Shown here: piece by piece, positions 55,338 to 64,000 of the stretch
Layout of the letters: every line of letters starts with the position of its first letter
How positions within the stretch are numbered: position 1 is the stretch's first letter
From: an uncultured Actinomycetota bacterium
GTDB lineage: Bacteria > Actinomycetota > Actinomycetes > Streptosporangiales > Streptosporangiaceae
Assembly (NCBI GenBank): GCA_963739645.1
Contig: CAVUBM010000080.1
Coordinates: 16,862 to 80,861, forward strand
Direction of reading: 5' to 3'
DNA: 64,000 nt
Program-made: the position numbers and the translations under genes
Notes under the pieces: model-generated
What the model saw: only the letters and a program-made list of their open reading frames with translations
The model's database searches: none
Told to the model about the DNA's origin: nothing

Positions 55338-55428
55338 TCTGGCCACCGCGGCGACCCGCCCGCCGGGCCCGGAGCCGGCCGCGCCCAGCACTGCGTGTCA
55401 CAGTTTCGCGTCCGTCCGCGACATACCA

Positions 55429-55872
55429 GTGAACCGGACCGGACCGAGGCAGGAGACGCCAGTGAGTGAGACCACCGCAGCGCCGCCCGCCTGGTCCCGC
55501 ACGTTCCCGGCTACCCCGGCCCAGGCCCGTGCGGCGCGCGGGTTCCTGGCCGGGGTCCTGCACGGCCATCCGGTCACCGACGACGCCGTGCTCTGCGTGT
55601 CCGAGCTGGTGGCCAACGCCGCGATCCACAGCCATTCACGCAGGTCAGGAGGGCACGTCACGGTCCGCGCCGAGCTGCGCGGCGACCGCCTGAGGGTCGA
55701 GGTCACCAACGAGGGCGGGTCCTGGGAATGGCCGCTGTACCCGGACGAGCGGCACGGGCACGGGCTGTCGATCGTCGGCCAGCTGGCCCGCACCTGGGGC
55801 CGCGCCGGCGACAGCGCAGGCTGGACGGTCTGGTTCGAGCTCGGCTGCGGGCCGCCCGCCGCGGTCAGGTAA
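55429..55872 (+). CDS. HATPase_c-type ATP-binding protein (anti-sigma factor/serine kinase-like)
   Basis: ARAARGFLAGVL...VLCVSELVANAAIHS...VTVRAEL...LRVEVTNEG...HGHGLSIVGQLARTWG. Confidence 0.7.
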   Translation: MNRTGPRQETPVSETTAAPPAWSRTFPATPAQARAARGFLAGVLHGHPVTDDAVLCVSELVANAAIHSHSRRSGGHVTVRAELRGDRLRVEVTNEGGSWEWPLYPDERHGHGLSIVGQLARTWGRAGDSAGWTVWFELGCGPPAAVR

Positions 55873-55890
55873 CCACGGCCCGGTGCCGGT

Positions 55891-56313
55891 CTACGGGGAA
55901 ACCCGGCTCCAGAACTCGTTGAATTCGAGGGTGTCGAAGAAGGCGGTGGCCGCCACGATCACGCCGTCGCGCAGGCGCAGATACCAGGTGTAGGTGTTGC
56001 GGTAAGGCTGGCCGTCCTTGGCGGTGGCCGTGGCGTCGAAGAACGCGATAACGGTGTCGCCGTCGGCGTAGAGCTCCCGCACGGCGGGAACAAGCGGCGT
56101 GGCCAGGCGGGCGTTGAACGGGTCGATGACCACGTCGAGGAATTCCTGACGGCTGCCGAACGTGCGCGAGACCACGCTGTTCCCCACGATCGTCCAGCTC
56201 GCGTCGGAGGCGAGGAGCGTGAACGGGCCGCCGGTGCCGGCCGCCCAGTCGTCGAACGAGGCCCGGATGATGTCCTTGTTGGCTTGCTCGAGGTCGAGGC
56301 TGCGCTCGGTCAT
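55891..56313 (-). CDS. NTF2-like (SnoaL-like) protein
   Basis: 140 aa. NKDIIRASFDDWAAGTG...WTIVGNS...YTWYLRLRDGVIVAATAFFDT. Confidence 0.65.
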   Translation of the reverse strand: MTERSLDLEQANKDIIRASFDDWAAGTGGPFTLLASDASWTIVGNSVVSRTFGSRQEFLDVVIDPFNARLATPLVPAVRELYADGDTVIAFFDATATAKDGQPYRNTYTWYLRLRDGVIVAATAFFDTLEFNEFWSRVSP

Positions 56314-56410
56314 AGGGGCGATCCTTTCTGGTCGCTACCGCTCCGCGACCTAGCTGCGCTAAAAAGCCTAAGCAGGCGGACGCCTGCTGCCGACGCGGCG
56401 GCCGGCCGGG

Positions 56411-56842
56411 ATGGGCAACTCCAGAGGAGAGCGGCACATGACTGCAGACGGGCACAGGACAGAACCGGGTGTTATCACCAAGCTCAGCCCCCGGTCGGTG
56501 GCCGACACCGTCGTGCGCCTGATCGACCTGATCGGCGTGAAAGGGCTGAAACTCTTCGCCGTGATCGACCAGGCCGAGGCGGCGCGCCAGGCCGGGCAGG
56601 AGCTGCGGCAAACCACGCTGGTGCTGTTCGGCAGCCCGGCCGCGGGGACGCCGGTCATGGTGGCCGCGCCGCTGGCCGCGCTAGACCTGCCACTGAAGGT
56701 ACTGATCTGGGCCGACGGGGAGCAGACCGTGGTCAGCTACACCGCGCCGGCCGAACTCGCCGCTCGTCATCACCTCAGCCCCGACCTGGCCCAGAAGCTG
56801 GCCGGCATCGACCCCCTCACCGACGCGCTGGTGACCCCGTAG
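56411..56842 (+). CDS. DUF302-domain protein
   Basis: VADTVVRLIDLIGVKGLKLFAVIDQAEAARQAGQELRQTTLVLFGSPAAGTPVM...LDLPLKVLIWADGEQTVVSY. Confidence 0.7.
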   Translation: MGNSRGERHMTADGHRTEPGVITKLSPRSVADTVVRLIDLIGVKGLKLFAVIDQAEAARQAGQELRQTTLVLFGSPAAGTPVMVAAPLAALDLPLKVLIWADGEQTVVSYTAPAELAARHHLSPDLAQKLAGIDPLTDALVTP

Positions 56843-57802
56843 CTACAACAGCGCCACGGCGTTGGCCGGGGACCCTACTCCCCCGGCTTTCTGGATCGGC
56901 GCGCTCACGAACAGGCCCTCATACACCGCGGTCTGCGCGCAGTGCTCGGCTAGGCCGTCGAGGGCGAACATCTCGCCGACGGCCATGCCCAGCAGCGGGA
57001 TCAGCCGGTAGTGGAGAAACCCGTCCGCCTGGCGCATGTCGAACGGCATCGCCTCCAGGGCCGGGCAGTCGGCCGCGACCGCGGCGACACGGTTGTTCCA
57101 CAGCCAGCGCGCCACCTCCTCGTCGGCGGCCAGGCCCGGGGCCGGGAACTGGCGCCCGTCGCCGAGCCGCTCCCTCGCCTCGGCCCCGAGCGACTCATAC
57201 CAGCTGATCCAGCCGAACCGGAGCAGCAGGATGTCGCCGGCCGCGCTGGCCACCCCCTGCGCCCGCATGACCTCGTCCAGGTCGGCCGTGCCGATGGCCT
57301 CCCGGGTGCCGGGATCAAGCGGCCGGCCCGTGCGCTCCCGGTGGCGCGCGATGTCCAGGAGCACGAACCGGCCGGCGATGCCGCGCCGGGCCCAGGCCTG
57401 GATGTCGAGCCGGTGGCCGGAGAACCCGGAGGTCTGCTCGGCGGGCACCCCGTTGTAGTAGCCGACGTCGGGGTGACAGACGTGCGAGAGCGAGTCCCAC
57501 TGGCTGGACGCCTGCGGATAGAAGGCGTCGTAGTAGTCGTCCTTGCCGCGGGGCGACGTGAGCACGGTGTGAACGGGGCTGCGCGGGCCCAGGACCGCGG
57601 GCGACGGCTTGTCGACGTCCCAGTTCAGCGGGAAGACCCGGCCGTGCCGGACGAGCGTGGCGGCGGCGGCCACCTGGCCAGGGCCGATGAGATTGAGGGT
57701 GCCGACCTCGTCGGCCTCGCCGAACAGGCCCCAGGTCGAGCGATCCGGCCTGCCGTCGCCGCCGGTCAGCTCGTCGTAATCCGGGAGCTGGTCACCGCTC
57801 AT
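56843..57802 (-). CDS. Cyclase-family protein (arylformamidase-like)
   Basis: 319 aa. TWGLFGEADEVGTLNLI...RVFPLNWDV...SSQWDSLSHV...GRFVLLDIARH...GDILLLRFGW. Confidence 0.7.
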   Translation of the reverse strand: MSGDQLPDYDELTGGDGRPDRSTWGLFGEADEVGTLNLIGPGQVAAAATLVRHGRVFPLNWDVDKPSPAVLGPRSPVHTVLTSPRGKDDYYDAFYPQASSQWDSLSHVCHPDVGYYNGVPAEQTSGFSGHRLDIQAWARRGIAGRFVLLDIARHRERTGRPLDPGTREAIGTADLDEVMRAQGVASAAGDILLLRFGWISWYESLGAEARERLGDGRQFPAPGLAADEEVARWLWNNRVAAVAADCPALEAMPFDMRQADGFLHYRLIPLLGMAVGEMFALDGLAEHCAQTAVYEGLFVSAPIQKAGGVGSPANAVALL

Positions 57803-57994
57803 CGGTCAAACCTCCCTGGTATCACCGGGCCGCTCAGCCCGGACAGTAGCGCGGCCAGGTCGCAGTGGTCGACCCGCGGCCTGGCCGACCCGATCTGGCC
57901 CCTGCGGCGGCCGGCCATAAGGTGGCCGTTGTGCCATACCGGGACAGCGCGATGACCAGCCCGGCGCCGGCTGCATCAGGAACCGGGGACGCGG

Positions 57995-58606
57995 GTGACC
58001 ATGCCGCACAAGCAGGCCGTGGTGGCCGTAATGGACCGGCTGGCCGGGCAGGCCCGCTTCATCGGCGCCGTGAACACCGTGCGGCGCGAGGCCGGCGGAG
58101 ACCTGACGGGCACCAATACCGACGGCGAGGGGTTCGTGGCGGGGCTGCGCGGGGCCGGGATTGAGCCCGCAGGCCGCCGGGCGCTGCTCGTCGGCGCGGG
58201 CGGGGCGGGACGGGCCATCGCCTACGCGCTGGCCGCCGCGGGAGCGGCGTCACTGACGCTCGCTGATCGCACCCCGGGACCTGCCGGGCAGCTCGCCGCG
58301 GGGCTAACCGCGAACATCCCGGGGGTGACCGCGGGCACCGGCCCGCCGGACCCCGCCGGTCACGACCTGGTGATCAACGCGACACCGCTGGGCATGAAGC
58401 CCGGCGACCCGCTGCCGGTCCCGGCCGAGCGGCTGGCGCCAGGCACCGTCGTCTGCGACATCGTCACGAGCCTGCCGCGGACCCGGCTGCTGGAGGAGGC
58501 CGGGAACCGCGGCTGCGTGACCGTGCCCGGGATGCCCATGCTGGCCTGCCAGGTGGACCTGATCATCGAGTTCCTCGGCCTGCACCCCGCGGGTTCGCGT
58601 CTCTAG
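57995..58606 (+). pseudogene. aroE: Shikimate dehydrogenase-family gene lacking its N-terminal ~65 residues
   Basis: The ORF opens at (V)TMPHKQAV (family N-V-T-x-P-x-K block), then GAVNTV...GTNTDGEGF, Rossmann LLVGAGGAGRAIAYAL, NATPLGM. An in-frame TGA lies 14 codons upstream, and I found no substrate-domain N-terminus in any frame of 57803-57994. Confidence 0.55.
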
Positions 58607-59014
58607 GGACCGGCGCGGCCCCCGCCCGCTGCGTCCTCGTCATCGGTGAGCATGCTGGCGTAGACGGCGATGAGCGCCGCCTTCTGCGCTTCGGTGAGCC
58701 GCGGGTCGGCCTTGATCACGTCGGCCACCTGCTGAGCGGCCGGGGCCTCGTCGTCCTGGTCTCGGCGGCGGTTCCTCGCCGCTGAACAGGCCCGCCTGCG
58801 CGAGGATGGTCTCCACGGACACGTTGAGCGCCTCGGCGATCGCCTTGATCACCCGCACCGACGGCTGGTGCACGCCGCGCTCGACCTGGCTCAGGTACGG
58901 GTGCGACAGGCGGGTCAGCTCCGCCATCTGGCGCAGCGACAGATGGGCCAGCTCGCGCTGGCTGCGGATGTAGGCGCCGAGCGCCTCCGTCTGGGCCGTC
59001 CACGGATCGGTCAC
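58603..59014 (-). CDS. XRE-family HTH regulator; one frame break near 58760 as sequenced
   Basis: LGAYIRSQRELAHLSLRQMAELTRLSHPYLSQVERGVHQPSVRVIKAIAEALNVSVETILAQAG. After the shift: QDDEAPAAQQVADVIKADPRLTEAQKAALIAVYASMLTDDE... with a stop at 58603. Confidence 0.7.
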
Positions 59015-59060
59015 GGCTCGCCTCGCCGGCTGGTAGGACGTGGTGCCACTGCGCTGACTA

Positions 59061-59477
59061 TCAAGGCTGACATGCGGGCTGACTACGAGGGCTGAGTAGC
59101 AGTGCTCGTGCGCGGCAAACCGGGCTGACCCGGCCTGCCGCGCACGATGAGGTCACTTGGCTGACGAGGCGCCTCTTGGCCGGGCGGGCGTCGCTCTTGG
59201 CGGTGAGCACCGGGGCGGTGGCCTCGACCACGTCCTCGGCGAACTTCCGCTGCTGCGCCAGCAGCTGCTCGGCGAAGTCGTAGGCGCTCGCCACGACATC
59301 GGCCGGCTTGGGCAGCCTGTCGGCGAACGGCGCCGACGGGACGGGCAGCGACGGCGTCATCGACTGGACGGTGCTGGCCCAGGTCCGGATCGCGTCGGTC
59401 ATGGTCTCCTGGCTCTTGCGGATCGTGTCCAGGATCTGGCCCTGCAGTTCCTTGCCGCTGGTGGTGAAGTCGGTCAT
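59061..59477 (-). CDS. Small helical protein, phasin-like by context only
   Basis: MTDFTTSGKELQGQILDTIRKSQETMTDAIRTWASTVQSM...DFAEQLLAQQRKFAEDVVEA. Immediately downstream of phaC on the same strand. The 3' end may hide a frame break. Confidence 0.4.
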   Translation of the reverse strand: MTDFTTSGKELQGQILDTIRKSQETMTDAIRTWASTVQSMTPSLPVPSAPFADRLPKPADVVASAYDFAEQLLAQQRKFAEDVVEATAPVLTAKSDARPAKRRLVSQVTSSCAAGRVSPVCRARALLLSPRSQPACQP

Positions 59478-59590
59478 TGTTCTGTCTCCTCTTCGTCGGG
59501 TACGTGGTAACTATACCATCCACACGGGAGCTTTGCCAAACGAGCCCGCGCCCGGCGGGGCAAGCGGGCGGCCTCAGCCCCGTGACCAGG

Positions 59591-61309
59591 TCAGCCCCGC
59601 ACGTACTCCCCAGGTGCGTCGCCCAGCGCCGGGTAGCGGTCGCTGCCCATCGGCGGCGGCGCGATGAGGCGGCCGGCCCGGGTGTCGGCCCACGTGACCC
59701 AGTCCTCCCACCAGGAGCCGGCGTGCCGCTCGGCCGCGTCCCGCCACTGGGCCGTGCTCGGCGGGTTGTGCTCGCCCGCCTCGTACCAGGCCTTCGGACC
59801 GGGCGGGTTGACGATGCCCGCGATGTGGCCGCCGCTGGACAGCACGTACCTGACCGTGCCGCCCAGCAGCTCGGTGGCCCGGTAGGACGATTCCCAGGGC
59901 ACGATGTGGTCGTTGATCGCGCCCACCACGTAGGTGTCGCTCTTGATGTCGCCGAGGGACAGGATCTGCCCGGCCAGCTCCATGTCGCCCCTGGCCAGCT
60001 GGTTGCGCAGGTACAGCGAGCGCAGGCAGAAGCTGTGCATGGCGGCAGGCAGCCGGGTGCTGTCCGCGTTCCACGCGAGGATGTCGAAGGCGGGCGGGCT
60101 CTGGCCCATGAGCCAGTTCGACGCCACGTAGCTGAAGATCAGGTCGTTGGCCCGGAGCAGGTCGAACGTGCCCGCCATCTGCGAGCCCTCCATGACCCCG
60201 GTGCGCGCCATCTCCTTCTCCAGCCGGGAGACGGTCTTCTCGTCGGTGAACGCACCCAGGACACCAGGCTCGCCGTAGTCGACCAGGGTGTTGAGTAGCG
60301 TAACGGCTCCCAGGCGGGTATCCCCTGTAGCGGCCAGGTAGGCCGCGAGCATCGCGGTCAGGGAGCCGCCCAGGCAGAGCCCGACGATGTCGATCTTGGG
60401 CGAGCCGGTGATGTCGGAGATCACGTCGAGCGCCGTCTTCGGGCCGTTGATGAGGTAGTCGTCCAGGGTGACGTCGCTCATCGAGGCGTCCGGGTTGCGG
60501 TAGGAGATCGCGAACACGGTGCGCCGGTGCTTCACCGCCCACTCCAGGAAGCTCCGGTCCGGGGCGAGGTCCATGACGTAGTACTTGTTGATCCAGGGCG
60601 GGCTGGCCAGCACCGGGACCGAGCGCACCTGCTTGGTCTGGGGCGTGTACTGGATCAGCTCCATCAGCTCGTTGCGGAACACCACCTTCCCCGGGGTGGC
60701 CGCGAGGTTGCGGCCCAGCTCGAAGCCGGTGGTGTCGACCTGGCGGGGCCGCCCGTGGTTGTGCACGACGTCGTCGAGGAAGTTGCCCGCCCCGGCCAGC
60801 ACGCTGTTGCCGCTGGTCTCGAACGCCTTCTTCAGCGCGGCCGGGTTCGTGAGCAGGAAGTTGGTCGGCGCCAGGGCGTCGAACACGAAGCCCATGGCCA
60901 GCTGGGCCTTGCGGTCGGCCATGGCGTCGCCCTCCCCGGCCGCCAGCAGCTCCTCGCCGAGCCGCCGGCCTGGCCAGGTAGGCCTGCCGCAGCGCGAAGA
61001 AGGCCGGGTTGCCGTCCCAGGTCGGGTCGGCGAAGCGCCGGTCCTTCGCGTCGAGGGCACGGGGGGTTCCAGGTCAGACCCGAACCAGCGGGCGGCCGCC
61101 ACCGGCCAGGCCCGGGCCATCGCGTTGCCGAACTGCAGCCAGGCCCCGGCGACCTGGTCGGGGCGGGTGGCGGCGCGGGCCATCACGGACAGCACCGACC
61201 GGCCGAAGTCGGCCGTATCCATCCCGGCGAACAGGCCGGCCTCCGGGGCGAGCACCTCGCTCGCCTCAGTCGCGGCATCCCAGGCCGCTTCCCGCGGGCT
61301 CATTGGCAA
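59591..61309 (-). CDS. phaC: Class I poly(R)-hydroxyalkanoate synthase; two compensating frame breaks (~61061 and ~60970)
   Basis: Lipase box IVGLCLGGS; PVLASPPWINKYYVMDLAPDRSFLEWAV; NPPGPK. The conserved block LDAKDRRFADPTWDGNPAFFALRQAYLA is readable only in a different frame between a G6 run (61061-61066) and ~60970. Confidence 0.85.
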   Translation of the reverse strand: MPMSPREAAWDAATEASEVLAPEAGLFAGMDTADFGRSVLSVMARAATRPDQVAGAWLQFGNAMARAWPVAAARWFGSDLEPPVPSTRRTGASPTRPGTATRPSSRCGRPTWPGRRLGEELLAAGEGDAMADRKAQLAMGFVFDALAPTNFLLTNPAALKKAFETSGNSVLAGAGNFLDDVVHNHGRPRQVDTTGFELGRNLAATPGKVVFRNELMELIQYTPQTKQVRSVPVLASPPWINKYYVMDLAPDRSFLEWAVKHRRTVFAISYRNPDASMSDVTLDDYLINGPKTALDVISDITGSPKIDIVGLCLGGSLTAMLAAYLAATGDTRLGAVTLLNTLVDYGEPGVLGAFTDEKTVSRLEKEMARTGVMEGSQMAGTFDLLRANDLIFSYVASNWLMGQSPPAFDILAWNADSTRLPAAMHSFCLRSLYLRNQLARGDMELAGQILSLGDIKSDTYVVGAINDHIVPWESSYRATELLGGTVRYVLSSGGHIAGIVNPPGPKAWYEAGEHNPPSTAQWRDAAERHAGSWWEDWVTWADTRAGRLIAPPPMGSDRYPALGDAPGEYVRG

Positions 61310-61346
61310 ACCTCCTGTTGTTGACGTGGCCGCCGGTACCAGGCGG

Positions 61347-62173
61347 TCACATGTCCAGGCCGCCGTTGACGGCCCAGACCTGCCCGGTGATGTAGGCGGA
61401 CTGATCAGCGGCCAGGAACCCGACCACCCGGGCGATCTCCTCGGGCACGGCCGAGCCTGCCCACCGGGATCTGCCCGCGCACCCGGTCCAGGGCCTTCTC
61501 GGGCATGCTGGCCAGCATGTCGGTGGCGATGAAGCCGGGCGTGACCGCGTTCACGGTCAGCCCGATCCCGTCGCCGACCGGGCGGTCGGCCCGGCCGAGC
61601 TGGAACAGCACCTCCCGGGCCAGCGACTTGGTCAGGCCGAACAGCCCGGACTTGGAGGCCGCGTAGTTGACCTGGCCGATGTTGCCGGTCTCCCCGATCA
61701 CCGAGGATACGTTGATGATCCGGCCGGTGCCGCGCTCGATCATGTGGTCAGCGGCCGCCTGGGCCATGAAGAACGCGCCGGACAGGTTGACCGAGATGAC
61801 CTTGTGCCAGTCGTCGTCGGTCATCTTGGCCACGGTCCGGTCGATCGAGATCCCGGCGTTGTTGACCAGGATGTCCAGCCGGCCGTGCTGGTCGATGACC
61901 TCGCCGAGCACGCGGCGGCAGTCGTCGGGCGCCCCGATGTTCCCCTCGTGCACGGTGATCCGCTGCTGGGGGTACTCGGCGGCCATGCTCTCGATGAACT
62001 TCTCCGCGCTCTCCCGGCCGTGCCAGTACCCGGCGGCGACGTGGCTGCCCTCGGCGGCGAGCTGGCGGCAGATCGCGGCGCCAATGCCGCGCGTGCCGCC
62101 GGTGACCAGGGCCACCCGGTCGCGGACCGTGGCCAGCCCCAGGCGTCTCGGGCTGCTGTCCCGTTGTGGTCAT
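61347..62173 (-). CDS. phaB: Acetoacetyl-CoA reductase / 3-oxoacyl reductase (SDR); frame breaks near both ends as sequenced
   Basis: MTTTGQQPE... (ATG 62173) shifts into RVALVTGGTRGIGAAI; NNAG; YAASKSG. The C-terminus shifts to EEIARVVGFLAADQSAYITGQVWAVNGGLDM with a stop at 61347. Confidence 0.75.
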
Positions 62174-62538
62174 GACATCATTCCCATCTTGTGTCTCGGC
62201 TCGCTGCGTGCCGTGCCGGGCCGCGCGGCATCACGTGCTGGGTGACCGGCGATCCCGGCGTCGCGCTCCGGGTCATGGTCAAGCACCATGGCGGCGGGGT
62301 GGCCACGCCGGTGAGATACCCGCCGGCGGCGCGCCCGATGCCCGGGACGCCGTAACGCATGGAGTCACTAGACCTGCCTCGGGGCGGCAGGCTGAAACCC
62401 CGGAACTGAAAAACATTGGCCATTACGCCCCCCCCGCGCCCCATGTGCCAGCTCTAGCCCAGTCACCACAGGGGTGCAGCGGTGGGCTGAGGCCGGCCGT
62501 ATCGCCGCGGCGGTCGGCGGGACGGGGGAGCAGACGCG

Positions 62539-63702
62539 CTACCGGACCCCGTAGAGGTACTCGAGTGCGAGCTGGTCCAGCCGCTCGAAGCCCATGCCCC
62601 GCTCCCCCAGGGCCACGGCGTCCGGGCTGAAGCCGCGGATGTCACGCCAGGTCTCGCCGTCGGCGAGCGTCGGCAGCGACAGGTCGGCCACCCGGGCCGC
62701 GCGCAGCGCCTCGGCCACCTCGGGGTCGGCCCGGAACGCGCGGACCTTCTCCCGCAGGATCAGGTAGTTGCGCATGCACGCCGACGCCGAGACCCAGACC
62801 CCGTCGTCGTCCTCGGTGCGCGGCGGCTTGAAGTCGAAGTGCACCGGCCCGGCGTACCCGCCCGCCTCGAGCGCGTCCACCACCCAGAACGCGCCCCGCG
62901 CGTTGCCCGCGCCGAACCGCAGGTCCTGGTCGTAGCGCGGGCCGTGCTGGCCGTTCAGGTCGATGTGGAACAGCTTGCCGTGCCACAGCGCCTGGGTGAT
63001 CGCGTGCGCGTAGTTGAGCCCGGACATCTCCTCGTGCCCGACCTCGGGGTTGAGGCCGACCAGCTCCGGGTGCTCGAGCTCGGTGATGAACGCCAGCGCG
63101 TGCCCGGCGGTGGGCAGCAGGATGTCGCCGCGGGGCTCGTTCGGCTTGGGCTCGAGCGCGAACCGCAGGTCGTAGCCCTGGTCCAGCACGTAGCCGCACA
63201 GGATGTCGTATGCCTCCTTGCACCGGTCCAGCGCGGCCCGCACGTCCTTGGCCGCACCGGACTCGGCGCCGTCCCGGCCGCCCCAGCAGACGTAGACCTT
63301 GGCGCCGAGCTCGGCGGCCAGGTCGAGGTTGCGCATGACCTTGGCCAGCGCGAACCGGCGCACGTCCCGGTCGTTGGCGGTGAACCCGCCGTCCCGGAAC
63401 ATCGGGTGCGAGAACAGGTTCGTGGTCGCGGTGGTCACGGCCAGGCCGGTCTCGTCCAGCGCCTTGCGGAAGGCGGAGATCCGCTCGTCCCGCTCCTGGC
63501 TGGTCGCGTCGAAGTCGAACACGTCGTTGTCGTGGAAGTTCACGCCGTACGCGCCGATCTCGGCCAGCTTGCGCACGGCGCGCTCGGCGGGCATGGGCGG
63601 CCGCACCGCGGTTCCGAAGACGTCCACGCCCTGCCAGCCAACGGTCCAGATCCCGAACGAGAATCGGTCGGCGGGGGTGGGTGCGTAGCGATCGGTGCTC
63701 AC
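62539..63702 (-). CDS. xylA: Xylose isomerase (actinomycete class I)
   Basis: (V)[22 protein letters not shown]...GVNFHDNDV...[18 protein letters not shown]...NPEVGHEEM...[14 protein letters not shown] 63702 is preceded by GGAAGGAAGGGA. Confidence 0.9.
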   Translation of the reverse strand: MSTDRYAPTPADRFSFGIWTVGWQGVDVFGTAVRPPMPAERAVRKLAEIGAYGVNFHDNDVFDFDATSQERDERISAFRKALDETGLAVTTATTNLFSHPMFRDGGFTANDRDVRRFALAKVMRNLDLAAELGAKVYVCWGGRDGAESGAAKDVRAALDRCKEAYDILCGYVLDQGYDLRFALEPKPNEPRGDILLPTAGHALAFITELEHPELVGLNPEVGHEEMSGLNYAHAITQALWHGKLFHIDLNGQHGPRYDQDLRFGAGNARGAFWVVDALEAGGYAGPVHFDFKPPRTEDDDGVWVSASACMRNYLILREKVRAFRADPEVAEALRAARVADLSLPTLADGETWRDIRGFSPDAVALGERGMGFERLDQLALEYLYGVR

Positions 63703-64000
63703 TGGCCGGTCCCTTCCTTCCAGGTAGCGGTGTCGTCGCGGAGCGCCGCGTGGCGCTCCCTGATGTCCGGCTGGGCCGGGCCGGTGTAGTCGGCGGTGGG
63801 CCGGGCCGGCCAGTCCGGCGGCTCCGGCGTCCCGGCCAGCGCCCACGCGGCCTGGCGGGCGGCGCCGAGCGCCACGTACTCCTCGGGCTCGGGCACCACG
63901 ACCGGGGAGAAGAAGATGCCAGGCGCGAGCTCGCGTACCGCGGCCGACCTGGCCCCGCCGCCGATCAGCAGCACCCGCCGCGGGGACTCGCCGCCCGCGC
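63699..64000 (-). CDS. xylB: Xylulokinase (FGGY family), C-terminal part; runs off the window
   Basis: [45 protein letters not shown]. The stop overlaps the xylA GTG (GTGA). Confidence 0.75.
   Translation of the reverse strand, partial: AGGESPRRVLLIGGGARSAAVRELAPGIFFSPVVVPEPEEYVALGAARQAAWALAGTPEPPDWPARPTADYTGPAQPDIRERHAALRDDTATWKEGTGQ

Noticed and set aside
62174-62538. 88-aa ORF (62178-62444, minus) and other frames in the gap upstream of phaB, considered as a thiolase or PhaJ remnant
   Set aside because: None of the three minus-strand frames gave a motif I could match to thiolase, MaoC or any other family. Left unannotated.

Overview
This is a very high-GC 64-kb window. I found no rRNA, intact tRNA, CRISPR array, transposase or integrase. 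It reads as two unrelated pieces.

(1) 1-5.24 kb looks myxobacterial; that is my recognition, not a search result. It holds two divergently transcribed lipobox c-type cytochrome genes, an MBL-fold hydrolase and a textbook intrinsic terminator. It also holds two inverted copies of a ~100-150 nt REP-like element, a frameshifted SRPBCC gene, and a frameshifted, 3'-truncated saccharopine-dehydrogenase-like gene.

(2) 5.24-64 kb is an actinomycete core-chromosome segment. In order it contains:
- disrupted phosphoesterase/PLC, efeB and efeO, then polX, a Xi-class GST and a 2-hydroxyacid dehydrogenase
- coproporphyrin-pathway heme genes (hemQ, hemY, hemE), a Tat-signal DyP-like protein, two atypical LuxR regulators and DUF4349
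- a small Zn-ribbon ORF, DUF3000-rnd, ogt, GNAT-ppk1-mutT1 and an F420 LLM oxidoreductase
- an orphan TIGR02679 (JetD-like) gene, DedA, DinB, and tandemly duplicated fprA directly downstream of dxs
- ASCH, a CynX-like MFS transporter, a single-ORF chorismate mutase-prephenate dehydratase-ACT-DAHP synthase fusion, and acnA
- an S9 peptidase, fahA, an SSS transporter, MarR plus an ester cyclase, a DHA2 MFS transporter and several small accessory genes
- an XRE/phasin-like/phaC/phaB locus and xylA-xylB

The two pieces meet at ~5235-5241, inside two genes that are both truncated. The ~5.7 kb around that joint (4.15-9.87 kb) carries at least two dozen reading-frame breaks by my frame tracking. The other ~54 kb carries about a dozen. 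I therefore read the joint as a probable assembly or read chimera in a poorly polished region, not as biology.

I did not find a convincing multi-gene novel system. The most interesting biological items are:
- the P-protein/DAHP-synthase fusion
- the dxs-fprA-fprA arrangement, which contains a 144-nt tract identical between the two copies
- the orphan JetD-like gene
- twin 18-bp palindromes upstream of acnA
- the unannotated-looking Zn-ribbon ORF
- the REP-like elements

All family calls come from motif recognition by eye. No database search, identity calculation or GC calculation was run.
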